This document shows positions 1 to 9,940 of a stretch of DNA of 64,000 nt, piece by piece. The DNA lies in NCBI GenBank assembly GCA_040390725.1, contig JAZJXT010000006.1, positions 64,367 to 128,366 of the forward strand. The letters run 5' to 3'. The notes beneath the pieces are model-generated. The model did not search any database and had not been told where the DNA came from. It worked only from the letters and a program-made list of their open reading frames with translations. This DNA comes from Patescibacteria group bacterium. GTDB lineage: Bacteria > Patescibacteriota > Minisyncoccia > Phycocordibacterales > UBA9973. The translations under genes and the position numbers were made by a program. How positions within the stretch are numbered: the stretch's first letter is position 1; every line of letters starts with the position of its first letter.

Positions 1-302
1 ACCGGCCTTCAATGCTTCTTCTGCTACTTCTGATTTATTAGTATCTACTGAAATTATTATTTTATTATTTTTTGCGCGCAGTTTTTTTATAACAGGCAAA
101 ATTCTTTTTATTTCTTCCTCAGCACTCACAGATAAAGACCCCGGCCGAGTAGACTCCCCTCCGACATCTACAATATCCGCTCCATTTTTTATCATCTCTT
201 CCGCTTGTTTTAAAGCATCTGAAACTTTTAAAAACTTTCCGCCATCAAAAAAAGAGTCTGGTGTAACATTTAATATGCCCATCACCAGACTCTTTTTCTT
301 TA
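1..302 (-). CDS. folP: dihydropteroate synthase, N-terminal part (gene runs off window start)
   Basis: Manual minus-strand translation from ATG at 302: MKIKKKSLVMGILNVTPDSFFDGGKF...DIVDVGGESTRPGS, the classic DHPS pterin-binding motifs; no stop before position 1. Confidence 0.7.
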
Positions 303-315
303 TTTTCATATTTTT

Positions 316-741
316 TTACTCAGTAACTGTTATACCAGCTGAACGTGCAGACCCTGCGATAATTCTGATCGCGCCTTCCATGTCTTTTGCATTCAAATCA
401 ACCATTTTCTTTTCCGCTATTTCTTGCGCTTGAGCTTTTGTGATTTTGCCAACTTTTGAAGAATTCGGCTTACCAGAACCTTTTTCCACACCCGCTGCTT
501 TTAATATCAAATCAGTAGCTGGAGGAGTTTTGACTACGAAATCATAAGAACGGTCTTCGTAAACAAAAACTTGCACGCCAACCTTTTCGCCCATCATTTT
601 AGAAGTCGCCGCGTTGAACTTGGTAACGAAATCACCAATGTTTATACCGGCTTGACCCAATGCAGGCCCAAGAGGAGGAGCTGGAGTCGCCCTTCCACCC
701 ATAATCTGAAGCTTTATTTTTTTTGTTATTTTCTTTGCCAT
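316..741 (-). CDS. rplK: 50S ribosomal protein L11
   Basis: 141 aa; [30 protein letters not shown] is the canonical L11 N-terminus; sits in a secE-nusG-rplK arrangement. Confidence 0.95.
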   Translation of the reverse strand: MAKKITKKIKLQIMGGRATPAPPLGPALGQAGINIGDFVTKFNAATSKMMGEKVGVQVFVYEDRSYDFVVKTPPATDLILKAAGVEKGSGKPNSSKVGKITKAQAQEIAEKKMVDLNAKDMEGAIRIIAGSARSAGITVTE

Positions 742-768
742 ATATTTTTTGTATTTTTGTATACTATA

Positions 769-1314
769 TTAAATCTTTTTAACTTGCAAGAAGTCTAATT
801 CGACTGGTGTCTCGCGACCGAACATCGACACGAGCACTTTTATCTTTCCTCTTTCTTGATCAGTTGAGCTGACTTTACCTTCGAGGTCTTTAAATGGACC
901 ATCATTGATGCGAACTGTCTCGCCGATAGCCAGGTCAATATTGTGTTTTGCAGTACCGACATCCATTTTCTTGAATAAATAATCAACCTCTTCTTTTTTC
1001 AAAGGAACAGGGTTTACTCCTGCGCCGACGAAACCGGTTACTCGCGGAGTATTGCGGACAACATACCAAGAATCATCAGTCACAATCATATCCACCAACA
1101 CATAACCCGGATAAATCTTTTCTTCGACTTCCACTCTCTTGCCGGCTTTGATTTTTATCTTTTTCTCGACAGGTACTATGACATTAAAAATCTTGTCGTG
1201 CATTCCGAGTGAGTCAATACGCTGTTTCAAATTGCGAAGAACCGCATTTTCATATCCGGCATAAGTATGTATCGCGTACCAATTTCTAGCTCCTTGTGTT
1301 TCTTGTTTTGACAT
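769..1314 (-). CDS. nusG: transcription termination/antitermination factor NusG
   Basis: 181 aa; NGN domain start (WYAIHTYAGYENAV) and KOW-like C-terminus (GETVRINDGPFKDLEGKV); conserved position upstream of rplK. Confidence 0.9.
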   Translation of the reverse strand: MSKQETQGARNWYAIHTYAGYENAVLRNLKQRIDSLGMHDKIFNVIVPVEKKIKIKAGKRVEVEEKIYPGYVLVDMIVTDDSWYVVRNTPRVTGFVGAGVNPVPLKKEEVDYLFKKMDVGTAKHNIDLAIGETVRINDGPFKDLEGKVSSTDQERGKIKVLVSMFGRETPVELDFLQVKKI

Positions 1315-1324
1315 AATTTTTTAT

Positions 1325-1510
1325 TTAAAAAGAAATAATTTTTTCCAATCCCCTTGAGAAAAGAAAATCAAACAATCCTAAAAAGTAAGCAATTAAAACA
1401 GACACTGCCACGACGATAATAGTGTAAAAAATCGTCTGGCTCCTGGAAGGCCAAATAACATGCTTTAATTCTGCTTTCGTTTCTTTAAAATACTCGGTTA
1501 TTTTTGACAT
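1325..1510 (-). CDS. secE: preprotein translocase subunit SecE
   Basis: 61 aa single-TM protein immediately upstream of nusG; typical SecE size and position. Confidence 0.8.
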   Translation of the reverse strand: MSKITEYFKETKAELKHVIWPSRSQTIFYTIIVVAVSVLIAYFLGLFDFLFSRGLEKIISF

Positions 1511-1595
1511 AATCTTTTATATCCTTATTTTATAACATTTCTTCCCTAAATCCACTAGTGGATCGGGCGAACATTTGTATTTACAAATGTTTTAG

Positions 1596-1620
1596 CCTTA
1601 GAAAAAAGCCCCGCGAAGGG
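1596..1620 (-). terminator. rho-independent terminator downstream of the SIMPL gene
   Basis: On the minus strand a GC hairpin (GCCC-TTCGCG-GGGC) is followed by a T-run; located just 3' of the stop at 1658. Confidence 0.5.
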
Positions 1621-1657
1621 CTCCTTCCAATATACTCTTTTCGAGTCCAAAAGTCAA

Positions 1658-2476
1658 TTACCGTATCTCGTACGTGATAGTCACATCAGAAGTGATAGTA
1701 TTCTCCCCTTTTGGAATTTCAGATGGAACAGATGCACTGTCGGCAGACATCGTAGCTATGCCTTTCGCATACATAGGCATTGGGTAATTTCCATTTTCAT
1801 TGAATGAAGTTATTTTACCTAAACTGACACCGAGTTCTTTTGCGAGTTCTTCGGCTTTAGTTTTAGCATCACTAATTGCTTTTGTTCTTGCATCTATTTT
1901 TAAAGAATCTTCATCATCAATAGTAAAATTCGGCCCGGACATATTTGTCACACCAATTTTATTTATGCCATCTATAACCTTAGAAACATCATCGACTTTA
2001 CGGATTTTTACACTGACGCTTTGCGAAACTGTATATCCGATAATTTTTGATTCTGTATTCTGACAAGGAGGCATAATACCATTTGCAGGATAATACATCG
2101 GACAAGGAGCTGGATTGGAATATTTAGGATATGAATTATATCCTTCTGTTTTAATATCTTTTTGATCAACCCCGGAAGAAGCCAAGAAATCCAAAATATT
2201 TTTTGTCTTTGAATTTACTTCATCAGAAGATTCTTTTTGAGTACTCTTGCTGGATTCAATCGTAAAATAAATGCTTGCAATGTCAGGAACAGCTTTTACT
2301 TCACCATGACCGGAAAAAGACATCACTGTTGGTTCTTTATTTTCACCGAGCAAGCTAAAAGATTTTACTTCATAAAAAACTTTCACACCGAAATAAACAC
2401 AAAGTATCGCCATCAACACTAACCCTGCATTTTGTATCGCTTTATTTTCAAATATTTGCATATATTTTCCCGCCAA
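1658..2476 (-). CDS. SIMPL (DUF541) domain protein, membrane-anchored
   Basis: 272 aa; N-terminal TM helix; C-terminal region (GPNFTIDDEDSLKIDARTKAISDAKTKAEELAKELGVSLGKI) resembles the SIMPL/DUF541 family. Confidence 0.55.
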   Translation of the reverse strand: MAGKYMQIFENKAIQNAGLVLMAILCVYFGVKVFYEVKSFSLLGENKEPTVMSFSGHGEVKAVPDIASIYFTIESSKSTQKESSDEVNSKTKNILDFLASSGVDQKDIKTEGYNSYPKYSNPAPCPMYYPANGIMPPCQNTESKIIGYTVSQSVSVKIRKVDDVSKVIDGINKIGVTNMSGPNFTIDDEDSLKIDARTKAISDAKTKAEELAKELGVSLGKITSFNENGNYPMPMYAKGIATMSADSASVPSEIPKGENTITSDVTITYEIR

Positions 2477-2484
2477 GGCGGATA

Positions 2485-2970
2485 TTATTTAATTGCTAAA
2501 AGTTCAACTGTGAATGTCAAAGTTGCATTTGGAGGTATTACCGGAGGGTGTCCACTTGCTCCATAAGCAAAATCAGGTGCGATTTCTAATTTCCTCTGCT
2601 CACCGACTTTCATACCGACGATGCCTGTATCCCAACCTTTTATGACTTGCCCTGCACCGAGAATAAATGGAAATGGTTCTACGTGTTGGAATTTTGGATC
2701 AACGTTAGAATCAAAAGTCGAACCATCTGCCAATGTGCCTGTGTAATTCATAGCTACAGTATCACCGGATTTTGCTACCGCGCCTGTGCCTTCTTTTAGA
2801 ATTGTAATTTTTACTCCTTCGATTTGTTGTGTTTGCATGTTTGTATTTTGTTCAGCTTGGCTGACTACTTGCGCCGGAGCTGTTTGTTTTTTATTAATTG
2901 TAATATAAGCCAAAACTGCCACCACTAAAACTACTATCACTACTGAAACTATCGTCATATTATTTTTCAT
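2485..2970 (-). CDS. FKBP-type peptidyl-prolyl cis-trans isomerase, membrane-anchored
   Basis: 161 aa; N-terminal TM; FKBP signature GAGQVIKGWDTGIVGMKVGEQRKLEIAPDFAYG...ATLTFTVELL. Confidence 0.85.
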   Translation of the reverse strand: MKNNMTIVSVVIVVLVVAVLAYITINKKQTAPAQVVSQAEQNTNMQTQQIEGVKITILKEGTGAVAKSGDTVAMNYTGTLADGSTFDSNVDPKFQHVEPFPFILGAGQVIKGWDTGIVGMKVGEQRKLEIAPDFAYGASGHPPVIPPNATLTFTVELLAIK

Positions 2971-2979
2971 ATTATTTTC

Positions 2980-3007
2980 AGCCCTAAGCTGATCCGCCTT
3001 GGGCGGG
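2980..3007. repeat. palindromic intergenic element (copy 1 of 2), likely bidirectional terminator / REP-like
   Basis: agccctaagctgatccgccttgggcggg; a near-identical copy lies at 54822-54849; core ccgcc-NN-gggcgg is a perfect palindrome; sits between the murB stop and the FKBP start. Confidence 0.5.
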
Positions 3008-3024
3008 ATATTTATTTTTAATAC

Positions 3025-4080
3025 TTATATTATATTAACTTCCGGCACAATTTGCAAATTGAATTTTTCTTTAACAGAATCAATTATTTGATTTGCGAAA
3101 TTAATAATCTCCTCCCCCGTTGCTCCGCCGTAATTTATGAGGACAAGCGCTTGCTTTTCATGCACTCCGACATTGCCTACTTTTTTCCCTTTCCATCCGC
3201 ATTTTTCTACGAGCCAACCGGAATTTATTTTAATCTTTTCCCCTTCTTCAAAAAAAGATAAATCCGGATAAGTCGACAAAAGCTCAGCGAGCTTTTGTCG
3301 ACTAACATAAACATTCTTGAAAAAACTTCCGGCATTGCCAAGAACTTTTGTATTATAAGGCAACTTACTTCTACGTATTGCAGACACTGCAATACTCACA
3401 TCCTTGGAACTTTTCACTTCTATGTTATTTTCTTTTAAATAATTTTCCAGAATTTTGTAAGAAATATTTGGTTTTGAAATTTTACTTAATTTTATAGTTA
3501 TCGCCGTAATGAAATATTTTCCTTTAACTTTACTTTTGAAAATACTGTCTCGATAACCAAATTCACATTCCGCATTTTTAAAAACTTTTTTTTCTCCACT
3601 TTCTATGTCATAAGCTTCAATATCTTCTAAAGTATTTTTTAATTCCACTCCATAAGCGCCGATATTTTGCATCGGCGCTGCGCCAGCTGTGCCAGGAACC
3701 AATGCCAAATTCTCAATCCCCCACAAGCCTCGTTCCACCGTAAACTGTACAAGGTCATCCCATATTTCTCCGCCCATACATTTTATAAAAACACTTTCCG
3801 TATCCTCAGAAACAACTTCAATGCCTTTTAATTTATTTAAAATGACAATACCATCAAAATCTTTTGTAAAAAGTATATTACTACCTCCACCCAAAAATAA
3901 TTTTTGATTATTTTTAAATTCTGATAAATTAAAAAGCTCAGGCAAATCCTCCTCTCTCTCAAGAGTAACAAAATACTTTGCACGTGCATGCACGCCAAAA
4001 GTATTCAAATCTTTCAAGTCATAATCTTTAATTATTTCCATCCCGTTAGAAGTTATGCTAATTTTTTTATTATTTATCAT
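3025..4080 (-). CDS. murB: UDP-N-acetylenolpyruvoylglucosamine reductase MurB
   Basis: FAD-binding GGGSNILF motif and catalytic region GNAGSFFKN; the ORF extends to 4155 but MurB-like sequence starts near the internal Met, so start is placed at 4080 (4041 also possible). Confidence 0.85.
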   Translation of the reverse strand: MINNKKISITSNGMEIIKDYDLKDLNTFGVHARAKYFVTLEREEDLPELFNLSEFKNNQKLFLGGGSNILFTKDFDGIVILNKLKGIEVVSEDTESVFIKCMGGEIWDDLVQFTVERGLWGIENLALVPGTAGAAPMQNIGAYGVELKNTLEDIEAYDIESGEKKVFKNAECEFGYRDSIFKSKVKGKYFITAITIKLSKISKPNISYKILENYLKENNIEVKSSKDVSIAVSAIRRSKLPYNTKVLGNAGSFFKNVYVSRQKLAELLSTYPDLSFFEEGEKIKINSGWLVEKCGWKGKKVGNVGVHEKQALVLINYGGATGEEIINFANQIIDSVKEKFNLQIVPEVNII

Positions 4081-4211
4081 ATTATTTAACACCGTTAAAG
4101 AGACTTCTAACGGGATCCATATCTTCACTATACAAAAACTCCCCCATTTCCGCAATCATCAAAAATTGGCAAAAAATTAGCACAGCTTTTTATCGCTGTG
4201 CTTTTAATTAC

Positions 4212-4649
4212 TTAGGCTGTCTTTTCTGGCCTACCATCTGGGAAGAGGATGTTTTCTCTTCTAGTAACCATTTGATCGCTGGTAAACCCATGATACGGAT
4301 TTTCCTCCAGATGGAGAAAAAGTTCCTCAGCTAAAGTCTCTTCTCCGATTGTCATTTCCCTGGACTTAACCGGGGTAACTCCATCAGATTTTTTCCATGT
4401 GTGAATAGCATTTTCCCACTCTCCTTGATATGGCATTATACCACTGGGATGATTTGGGAATCTTGTTAATTCACCCTTAGTGACATGTCTTTCACCGCTA
4501 GGTTTCATGTAAAAAAAATCATTTTCTTGTTTACCATCCTTACCATTAAACACTGCGGTCCGACAAATAAACAAGTTGTTGCTTTGAGTGTCAATACACT
4601 TCCACGAAACTGTGGAGTTTTTTGATGAACTACTGCTAATTTCTGCCAT
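4212..4649 (-). CDS. hypothetical protein
   Basis: 145-aa ORF with compact coding look and no family recognised by eye. Confidence 0.4.
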   Translation of the reverse strand: MAEISSSSSKNSTVSWKCIDTQSNNLFICRTAVFNGKDGKQENDFFYMKPSGERHVTKGELTRFPNHPSGIMPYQGEWENAIHTWKKSDGVTPVKSREMTIGEETLAEELFLHLEENPYHGFTSDQMVTRRENILFPDGRPEKTA

Positions 4650-4734
4650 AATCTGAATATTTAAACGTGTTGAAATCCGTGTAAAGCATAGCAGTTACGT
4701 GCTTGTTTGTCAAGTATGTATACTAAGGCTTAAA

Positions 4735-5700
4735 ATGTATAATGTTTACATGCATATTTCAACCATTATCATCCCTGTCCGCCCACAACCAGATACTATT
4801 TTAGCTATCTACCTTTTGAAGCGTTTCGGCACAAAAAAATTCCCCGGAATAGAAAAAGCTATAATTACAATAGACAAATACGCTGGGTCTAAAGACAAAA
4901 CTTATGAAGAATACCTAAAAAATGGAGAACTTTTGGTAGATGTAGGCGGTGGCCCTTATAATCATCACCATACTAAAATCCATACTACAGCATCGATGCT
5001 CGTCGCGGAGGACTTGAGCATCAACAAGGATCCTTCTTTGAGCAAACTTTTAAAGTATGCGGAACGAGATGACAAATTCGGCCTCGGCACCATCTCCAAA
5101 GATCCACTCGATAAAACTTTCGGACTTTCAGGATTGATATATTCAATGAATAAACAATATCCGAATGACCCGAACAAAACTATAAATGCTACCATTGAAT
5201 TTTTTGAAGCACACTATTTAGAAGAAAAAAGTAGAATAGAAGAACTGCCAAAAATTTATAATGAATTAAAAAAAGAAGGAAAAGCAATAGAGGTAAAACT
5301 TACTTCATTAAAAGCTGTCCTCATAGAGTCCGACAATATCAGCATGCCAGGATATTTACGTGCCGGAGCCGGAGGCAGATACGACATAGTTGTGCAAAAA
5401 AGATCAACTGGCCATGTAAATATACTTTCTCGTTTGCAAAAAGATAAAAAAATTCCATTAGCACAACTCGCCGCAGTCCTGCGTGCAAATGAAATTTATG
5501 CGGAAACTGGAAAAGAAAGCAGTAAAAATTATGAAGAGCTTTCCGCTCCGGGCAGAATGAATGAAACGCCAAATTGGTATTATGACCCCGCTACTAACTC
5601 TATACAAAATGGCGGAGTAAACACCGACGCCACCGTCCCAACCAAAATCCCCTGGGAGCATTTCCCGGAAATTCTTCAAATGGCTTTTGGAGATAAATAA
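4735..5700 (+). CDS. hypothetical protein
   Basis: ORF 4699-5700 (333 aa); likely start at Met-13 (4735) or Met-18; divergent from the 4212-4649 gene; no family recognised. Confidence 0.45.
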   Translation: MYNVYMHISTIIIPVRPQPDTILAIYLLKRFGTKKFPGIEKAIITIDKYAGSKDKTYEEYLKNGELLVDVGGGPYNHHHTKIHTTASMLVAEDLSINKDPSLSKLLKYAERDDKFGLGTISKDPLDKTFGLSGLIYSMNKQYPNDPNKTINATIEFFEAHYLEEKSRIEELPKIYNELKKEGKAIEVKLTSLKAVLIESDNISMPGYLRAGAGGRYDIVVQKRSTGHVNILSRLQKDKKIPLAQLAAVLRANEIYAETGKESSKNYEELSAPGRMNETPNWYYDPATNSIQNGGVNTDATVPTKIPWEHFPEILQMAFGDK

Positions 5701-5741
5701 AACTATTTCTTTTCTTGATTTGGCATAGGATTCTAAAATTT

Positions 5742-7016
5742 TTATATCCAAAAAGAAACCATAGCAGAAATGCCGACTAGGGCCATGAGGAAAAAAGTTA
5801 TTTGGCCTATAATTTTAGTCAAAGGACGATTTTTATGTTCTCCCATTACTTTTTCATTTGAACTCAAGCCTAAAATAAGAAAAATAATAATAGGGGCAAC
5901 AAAGCCATTTAATACAGCTGAATAAATAAGTGCTTTGATAGGATCAAGGCCTATAAAATTCAGTAAAATACCTAAACCAACAGCAAGTATTATGACTCCA
6001 TAAAAAGCCATGGCTTCGCGCCATTTCCTGTAAAGACCTTCTCTCCAATCAAAATATTCCGATACAGCATACGACACTGAACCTGCGAGCACAGGTATGG
6101 CCAAAAGCCCGGTGCCTACTATGCCTATCGCAAAAAGAGTATAAGCGAAATTCCCGGCAAGAGGCTTTAATGCAAGTGCGGCATCGGATGCTGTAGTAAT
6201 ATTTGTAATACCATTTTTAAATAAAATAGCCCCGCAAGTGACAATAATAAAAAACATGACCGTATTTGAAAAAAACATCCCCGACCACACGTCGGTGCGC
6301 ATTTTTTTAATATCTTCTTTTATTTCAAGATCAGAAGAAATACCTTCGGTGATTTGCGGAGATAAATTATATTCTTCCACTTCTACAGAAGTCTGCCAGA
6401 AAAAAAGATATGGGGAAATAGTCGTTCCTAGAATAGCGCAAATTAAAATCAAATTATCTTTAGTAAAATGAAAACTCGGGATAACAGTATTTCTGAAAAC
6501 TTCCGCCCAATCCACAGACACTACAAGTGCGCAAAGAATATAAGCTAGGAGCACAAATGTTAAGTATTTTAAATATTTAGCATATGTTTTATAAGGAATA
6601 AAAATCTGCAAAGCGAGTGAAAGAATTGCAAAAAAAATCACGAGCAGGGCAAAATAAAATTTTGGAAAAAGCAATTGTGTGCCCTGAGCCATGGCACCCA
6701 AATCCGCACCGATATTAAAAACATTTGCAAAAAGTAAAAGTGCAGCACAAATAAAAAGAACCTTTTTGGAATAATATTTTTTTATATTAGTAGCGAGCCC
6801 GGTACCAGTGACGAGCCCGATACGCGCGCACATCTCCTGCACTACAGCCATCAAAGGGTATGTAAAAAGTGAAAGCCAAACAAATCCGAAACCAGTCGAT
6901 GCGCCCGCTTGCGAATATGTGGCGATGCCAGAAGGGTCATCGTCAGCAGCACCCGTGACTAGCCCGGGGCCTAAAACTTTCCAATAATTTTTTACTGTTT
7001 TAATTATTTTTTCCAT
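5742..7016 (-). CDS. NRAMP-family divalent metal (Mn2+/Fe2+) transporter, divergent
   Basis: 424 aa polytopic membrane protein; N-terminal GPGLVTGAADDDPSGIATYSQAGA resembles the NRAMP/MntH DPGN signature region. Confidence 0.55.
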   Translation of the reverse strand: MEKIIKTVKNYWKVLGPGLVTGAADDDPSGIATYSQAGASTGFGFVWLSLFTYPLMAVVQEMCARIGLVTGTGLATNIKKYYSKKVLFICAALLLFANVFNIGADLGAMAQGTQLLFPKFYFALLVIFFAILSLALQIFIPYKTYAKYLKYLTFVLLAYILCALVVSVDWAEVFRNTVIPSFHFTKDNLILICAILGTTISPYLFFWQTSVEVEEYNLSPQITEGISSDLEIKEDIKKMRTDVWSGMFFSNTVMFFIIVTCGAILFKNGITNITTASDAALALKPLAGNFAYTLFAIGIVGTGLLAIPVLAGSVSYAVSEYFDWREGLYRKWREAMAFYGVIILAVGLGILLNFIGLDPIKALIYSAVLNGFVAPIIIFLILGLSSNEKVMGEHKNRPLTKIIGQITFFLMALVGISAMVSFWI

Positions 7017-7799
7017 TTACTTCAAAGTTGCTGAGAAAATATTATACATTGGTATCACTTCTTTCGAAATAATTTTTGCTGAAAATGGCTCTGCCCAAGT
7101 AAAAGAAACATTTTGACTTTGATTTCTATCTAAAAGATCAATGGTGGTCGAACTAGCAGAAACAGCATTGCCGGAAACATCATATAAAATAACTACAACA
7201 TTCATATCAGGAATTCTAAATAAAGAATCATTTTTTATAACAGCGGACATCCCTGGACTAGTGTTTTCACCCTGAAGAGAGATCTGATCTACGGAAACTT
7301 TTACTTGATCTATTTTATCTTGCGAAACTTGCAACCAAGTCGGCATCTCAGTAAATTCAAAAGTAGTATAAACTGGAATAGAATTCCCTACATCTATGGC
7401 TGGCGCAAAAACAGCGAATTTGCCGGATGGTGGAACATAAGTATCCCCCTCGCGTGAGCCAATGTATAAATTGTCTTTATCCGCAAAACGAAATTTGTAA
7501 TGAAGTTTATTCACAACAGCATTTTGATTGTGATTTTCTAAATAAGCCACTGCATTGTAACGTCCGGGAACAACCCGAAAAGATTTACTCCAGAGAATAG
7601 AAATCTGATCTACCTGCAAAGTACAAGCTTTCAAGCAAGACCCCCCGCAATCTATCCCCGTCTCAGTGCCATTTTGTAAGCCATCCAAGCAAGTCGGCGC
7701 TTTGTTAAAATGCGGATAAATTATCAAAAAACCTAACATAGAAAAAAAGGCTATAACAATAACTAAATAAATAATCTGCCGTCTTAATGCCCAAGTCAT
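7017..7799 (-). CDS. membrane-anchored extracytoplasmic hypothetical protein
   Basis: 260 aa; N-terminal TM then a Cys-containing ectodomain (CLDGLQNGTETGIDCGGSC); stop abuts the NRAMP start. Confidence 0.45.
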   Translation of the reverse strand: MTWALRRQIIYLVIVIAFFSMLGFLIIYPHFNKAPTCLDGLQNGTETGIDCGGSCLKACTLQVDQISILWSKSFRVVPGRYNAVAYLENHNQNAVVNKLHYKFRFADKDNLYIGSREGDTYVPPSGKFAVFAPAIDVGNSIPVYTTFEFTEMPTWLQVSQDKIDQVKVSVDQISLQGENTSPGMSAVIKNDSLFRIPDMNVVVILYDVSGNAVSASSTTIDLLDRNQSQNVSFTWAEPFSAKIISKEVIPMYNIFSATLK

Positions 7800-7834
7800 A
7801 AGTTTATTATAACACTTTTTTTGATTAGTATTAT

Positions 7835-8629
7835 CTATGACAATAATACTCCCCCATCGACAACTATCTGCGAACCAGTCATATAACTGGAAAGATCAGA
7901 GGCGAGAAATAAAGCAACCTTGCCAATATCATCAGGGTCACCCATTCTTTTCATTGGAATTTTTTCAGAAAATTTTTTAACCATCTCTTCCATTTGCGAT
8001 GTCATCGTTTTGCCCGTGCCCGTACCAGGAGTAGCTATGCCACCCGGCGCGATAGTATTTACTTGTATATTATGCGGAGCGAGTTCCAAGGCTACATTTT
8101 TTGTAAAACCCCAAAGACCATGCTTTGATGCATCATAAACAGCAAGCCCGACAGAAGAAGGATGAACAGCATCTATCGAAGTGATGTTAATTATTTTTCC
8201 ACCCCTGCCTTGCTTTATCATTACTTCTGCCGTCATTTTAGTAAATAAAAATACACTTTCTAAATTTACTGCTAAAACTTTTTCAAATTGAGCAATATCC
8301 ATTTGCATTACTGGAATCATAGGATAAATACCCGCGTTATTTACCAATATGTCCACACCGCCATAAATTTTCATACTAAAATCAATAGCATTTTTTACAT
8401 CTACTTCTTTTGAAACATCAGCCTTTACAAAAGACGCTTTCCATCCATTCTTTTCCAGTTCTTTTGCTGAATTATTTCCAACTTCTTCATTTAAATCAAC
8501 AATGACTACATTTGCTCCGGCTTCAGCTAGACGATAAGCAATGCCAAAACCAATACCCATAGCACCACCAGTCACTATCGCTGTTTTTCCATTAAGGTAT
8601 ATAAGTTTTTCTAAAAGTATTTGTTTCAT
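7835..8629 (-). CDS. SDR-family NAD(P)-dependent oxidoreductase
   Basis: TGGAMGIGFGIAYRLAEAGANVVIVD Rossmann motif, NNAG, YDASKHG catalytic YxxxK. Confidence 0.85.
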   Translation of the reverse strand: MKQILLEKLIYLNGKTAIVTGGAMGIGFGIAYRLAEAGANVVIVDLNEEVGNNSAKELEKNGWKASFVKADVSKEVDVKNAIDFSMKIYGGVDILVNNAGIYPMIPVMQMDIAQFEKVLAVNLESVFLFTKMTAEVMIKQGRGGKIINITSIDAVHPSSVGLAVYDASKHGLWGFTKNVALELAPHNIQVNTIAPGGIATPGTGTGKTMTSQMEEMVKKFSEKIPMKRMGDPDDIGKVALFLASDLSSYMTGSQIVVDGGVLLS

Positions 8630-8655
8630 AAAATTATTTTTTTAAAATTTATAAT

Positions 8656-9930
8656 TTAATTCATTTTCATATTAATTTCTTTATTGTTATTATTTATTTG
8701 CGAGAAAATATCCGGATTTTTATCTCCTGAAACTTCAAGCGTTGCCCAAGCGCCTTTATTCATCCTCGCGAGAGCATGATCAACAAGTAAATATTTTCCA
8801 GGAACATTTACAGTAAATTCCACAATTGACGCTCCACCAGGCAAGACTTCTGTAGTCTGCACATTTTTCAAAATTGCCGAACCTGTACCTATCGCAGCTT
8901 CAGGATAAACTTTATCAAAAATTTCTCCTATGATATGAAAAGATGAAATAAGATTAACTCCCCCATTGCCGACATAAATGCGAATTTTGTCGCCGACTTT
9001 TGCTTGCAAACGAGGAACACTTTCTATCTTTCCATTAAAAACCACATAATTCGGATTACCAGCAAGCAATGCATCTGAATCAAAAGGTACAAGGCCTAGT
9101 TTGCCTATTTGCCCCGCAGTATAAAATTCTCCCTGCATTATATAAAATTCCTTATCGACTTTATCTAAAGCAATTTGTGAATCTTTCGGGTCTACCATTA
9201 TGAGTCCGTATTGCCCGTGAGAATTATGCGTGCTGACATTCGGCATTGCGCAATGATAAACATAAAGGCCAGAGTTCAATGCTTTCCATTTAAAAGTTTT
9301 TGTTTCTCCGGGAGCAACATCGGAAAGCATAGCGCCTCCACCTTGACCCGTCACCGCATGCAAATCAATATTATGGTGATGCAAACTCGACTTGTCATTT
9401 TCAAGAGTAATCTCCATTGTATCGCCTTCTCTGACTCGCAACATAGGACCGGGAACTTGTTTATTGTAAGTCCAATAATTCAAATAAATTCCAGGTGCAA
9501 TTTCGGAAATAACTTCTTGCGCTTTTAAATGTATTCTCACGATTCCGTCCGCATCAGGCTTTTGAGCTTCACTCGGCACAGAGTCAGGGCTTGCGGAAAT
9601 ATCAGCAACTTTTTCAAAATTATTTTTATGAATTAAAAAATCCAAAATTTTAGAAAATGGAATTGAAGGAGGAACCCCGCCCGGAGCGTCGGAATGCATA
9701 AATGCCGGCATTGCAAAATCCGGCGCATAAGTTCTGTTTGAAATAAGTCCGGCAAAAAACGCGATAACAAATAAAATTATCGGAACGTAAATACCTTTTT
9801 GTTTTACAACATTCCAAACTGCCGGCTTTTTTATTAAATAAATAAAAATTGACAAAACAGCTAAGGCACCGACTAGCGCCGAAATCATTTCAAAAATAAG
9901 ATATGTGAACATCTCTTTATTATACCTCAA
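8656..9930 (-). CDS. nirK: copper-containing nitrite reductase (NirK)-like, N-terminally membrane anchored
   Basis: HHHNIDLHAVTGQGGG and YVYHCAMPNVSTHNSHGQYGLIMV closely match the NirK type-1/type-2 Cu ligand motifs (HNxDFHAATGALGGG, YVYHCAPPGMVPWHVxSGMNGAIMV); about 110 aa of N-terminal TM segments. Confidence 0.75.
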   Translation of the reverse strand: MRYNKEMFTYLIFEMISALVGALAVLSIFIYLIKKPAVWNVVKQKGIYVPIILFVIAFFAGLISNRTYAPDFAMPAFMHSDAPGGVPPSIPFSKILDFLIHKNNFEKVADISASPDSVPSEAQKPDADGIVRIHLKAQEVISEIAPGIYLNYWTYNKQVPGPMLRVREGDTMEITLENDKSSLHHHNIDLHAVTGQGGGAMLSDVAPGETKTFKWKALNSGLYVYHCAMPNVSTHNSHGQYGLIMVDPKDSQIALDKVDKEFYIMQGEFYTAGQIGKLGLVPFDSDALLAGNPNYVVFNGKIESVPRLQAKVGDKIRIYVGNGGVNLISSFHIIGEIFDKVYPEAAIGTGSAILKNVQTTEVLPGGASIVEFTVNVPGKYLLVDHALARMNKGAWATLEVSGDKNPDIFSQINNNNKEINMKMN

Positions 9931-9940
9931 AAATTAGATT

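Noticed and set aside
571-798. 75-aa plus-strand ORF overlapping rplK
   Set aside because: Antisense to a well-supported L11 gene; low-complexity translation; typical spurious antisense ORF.
1511-1657. Possible tRNA-Trp, often found next to secE
   Set aside because: No T-arm (GTTCGA/TTCGAATC) or cloverleaf could be folded on either strand; only a terminator hairpin is present.
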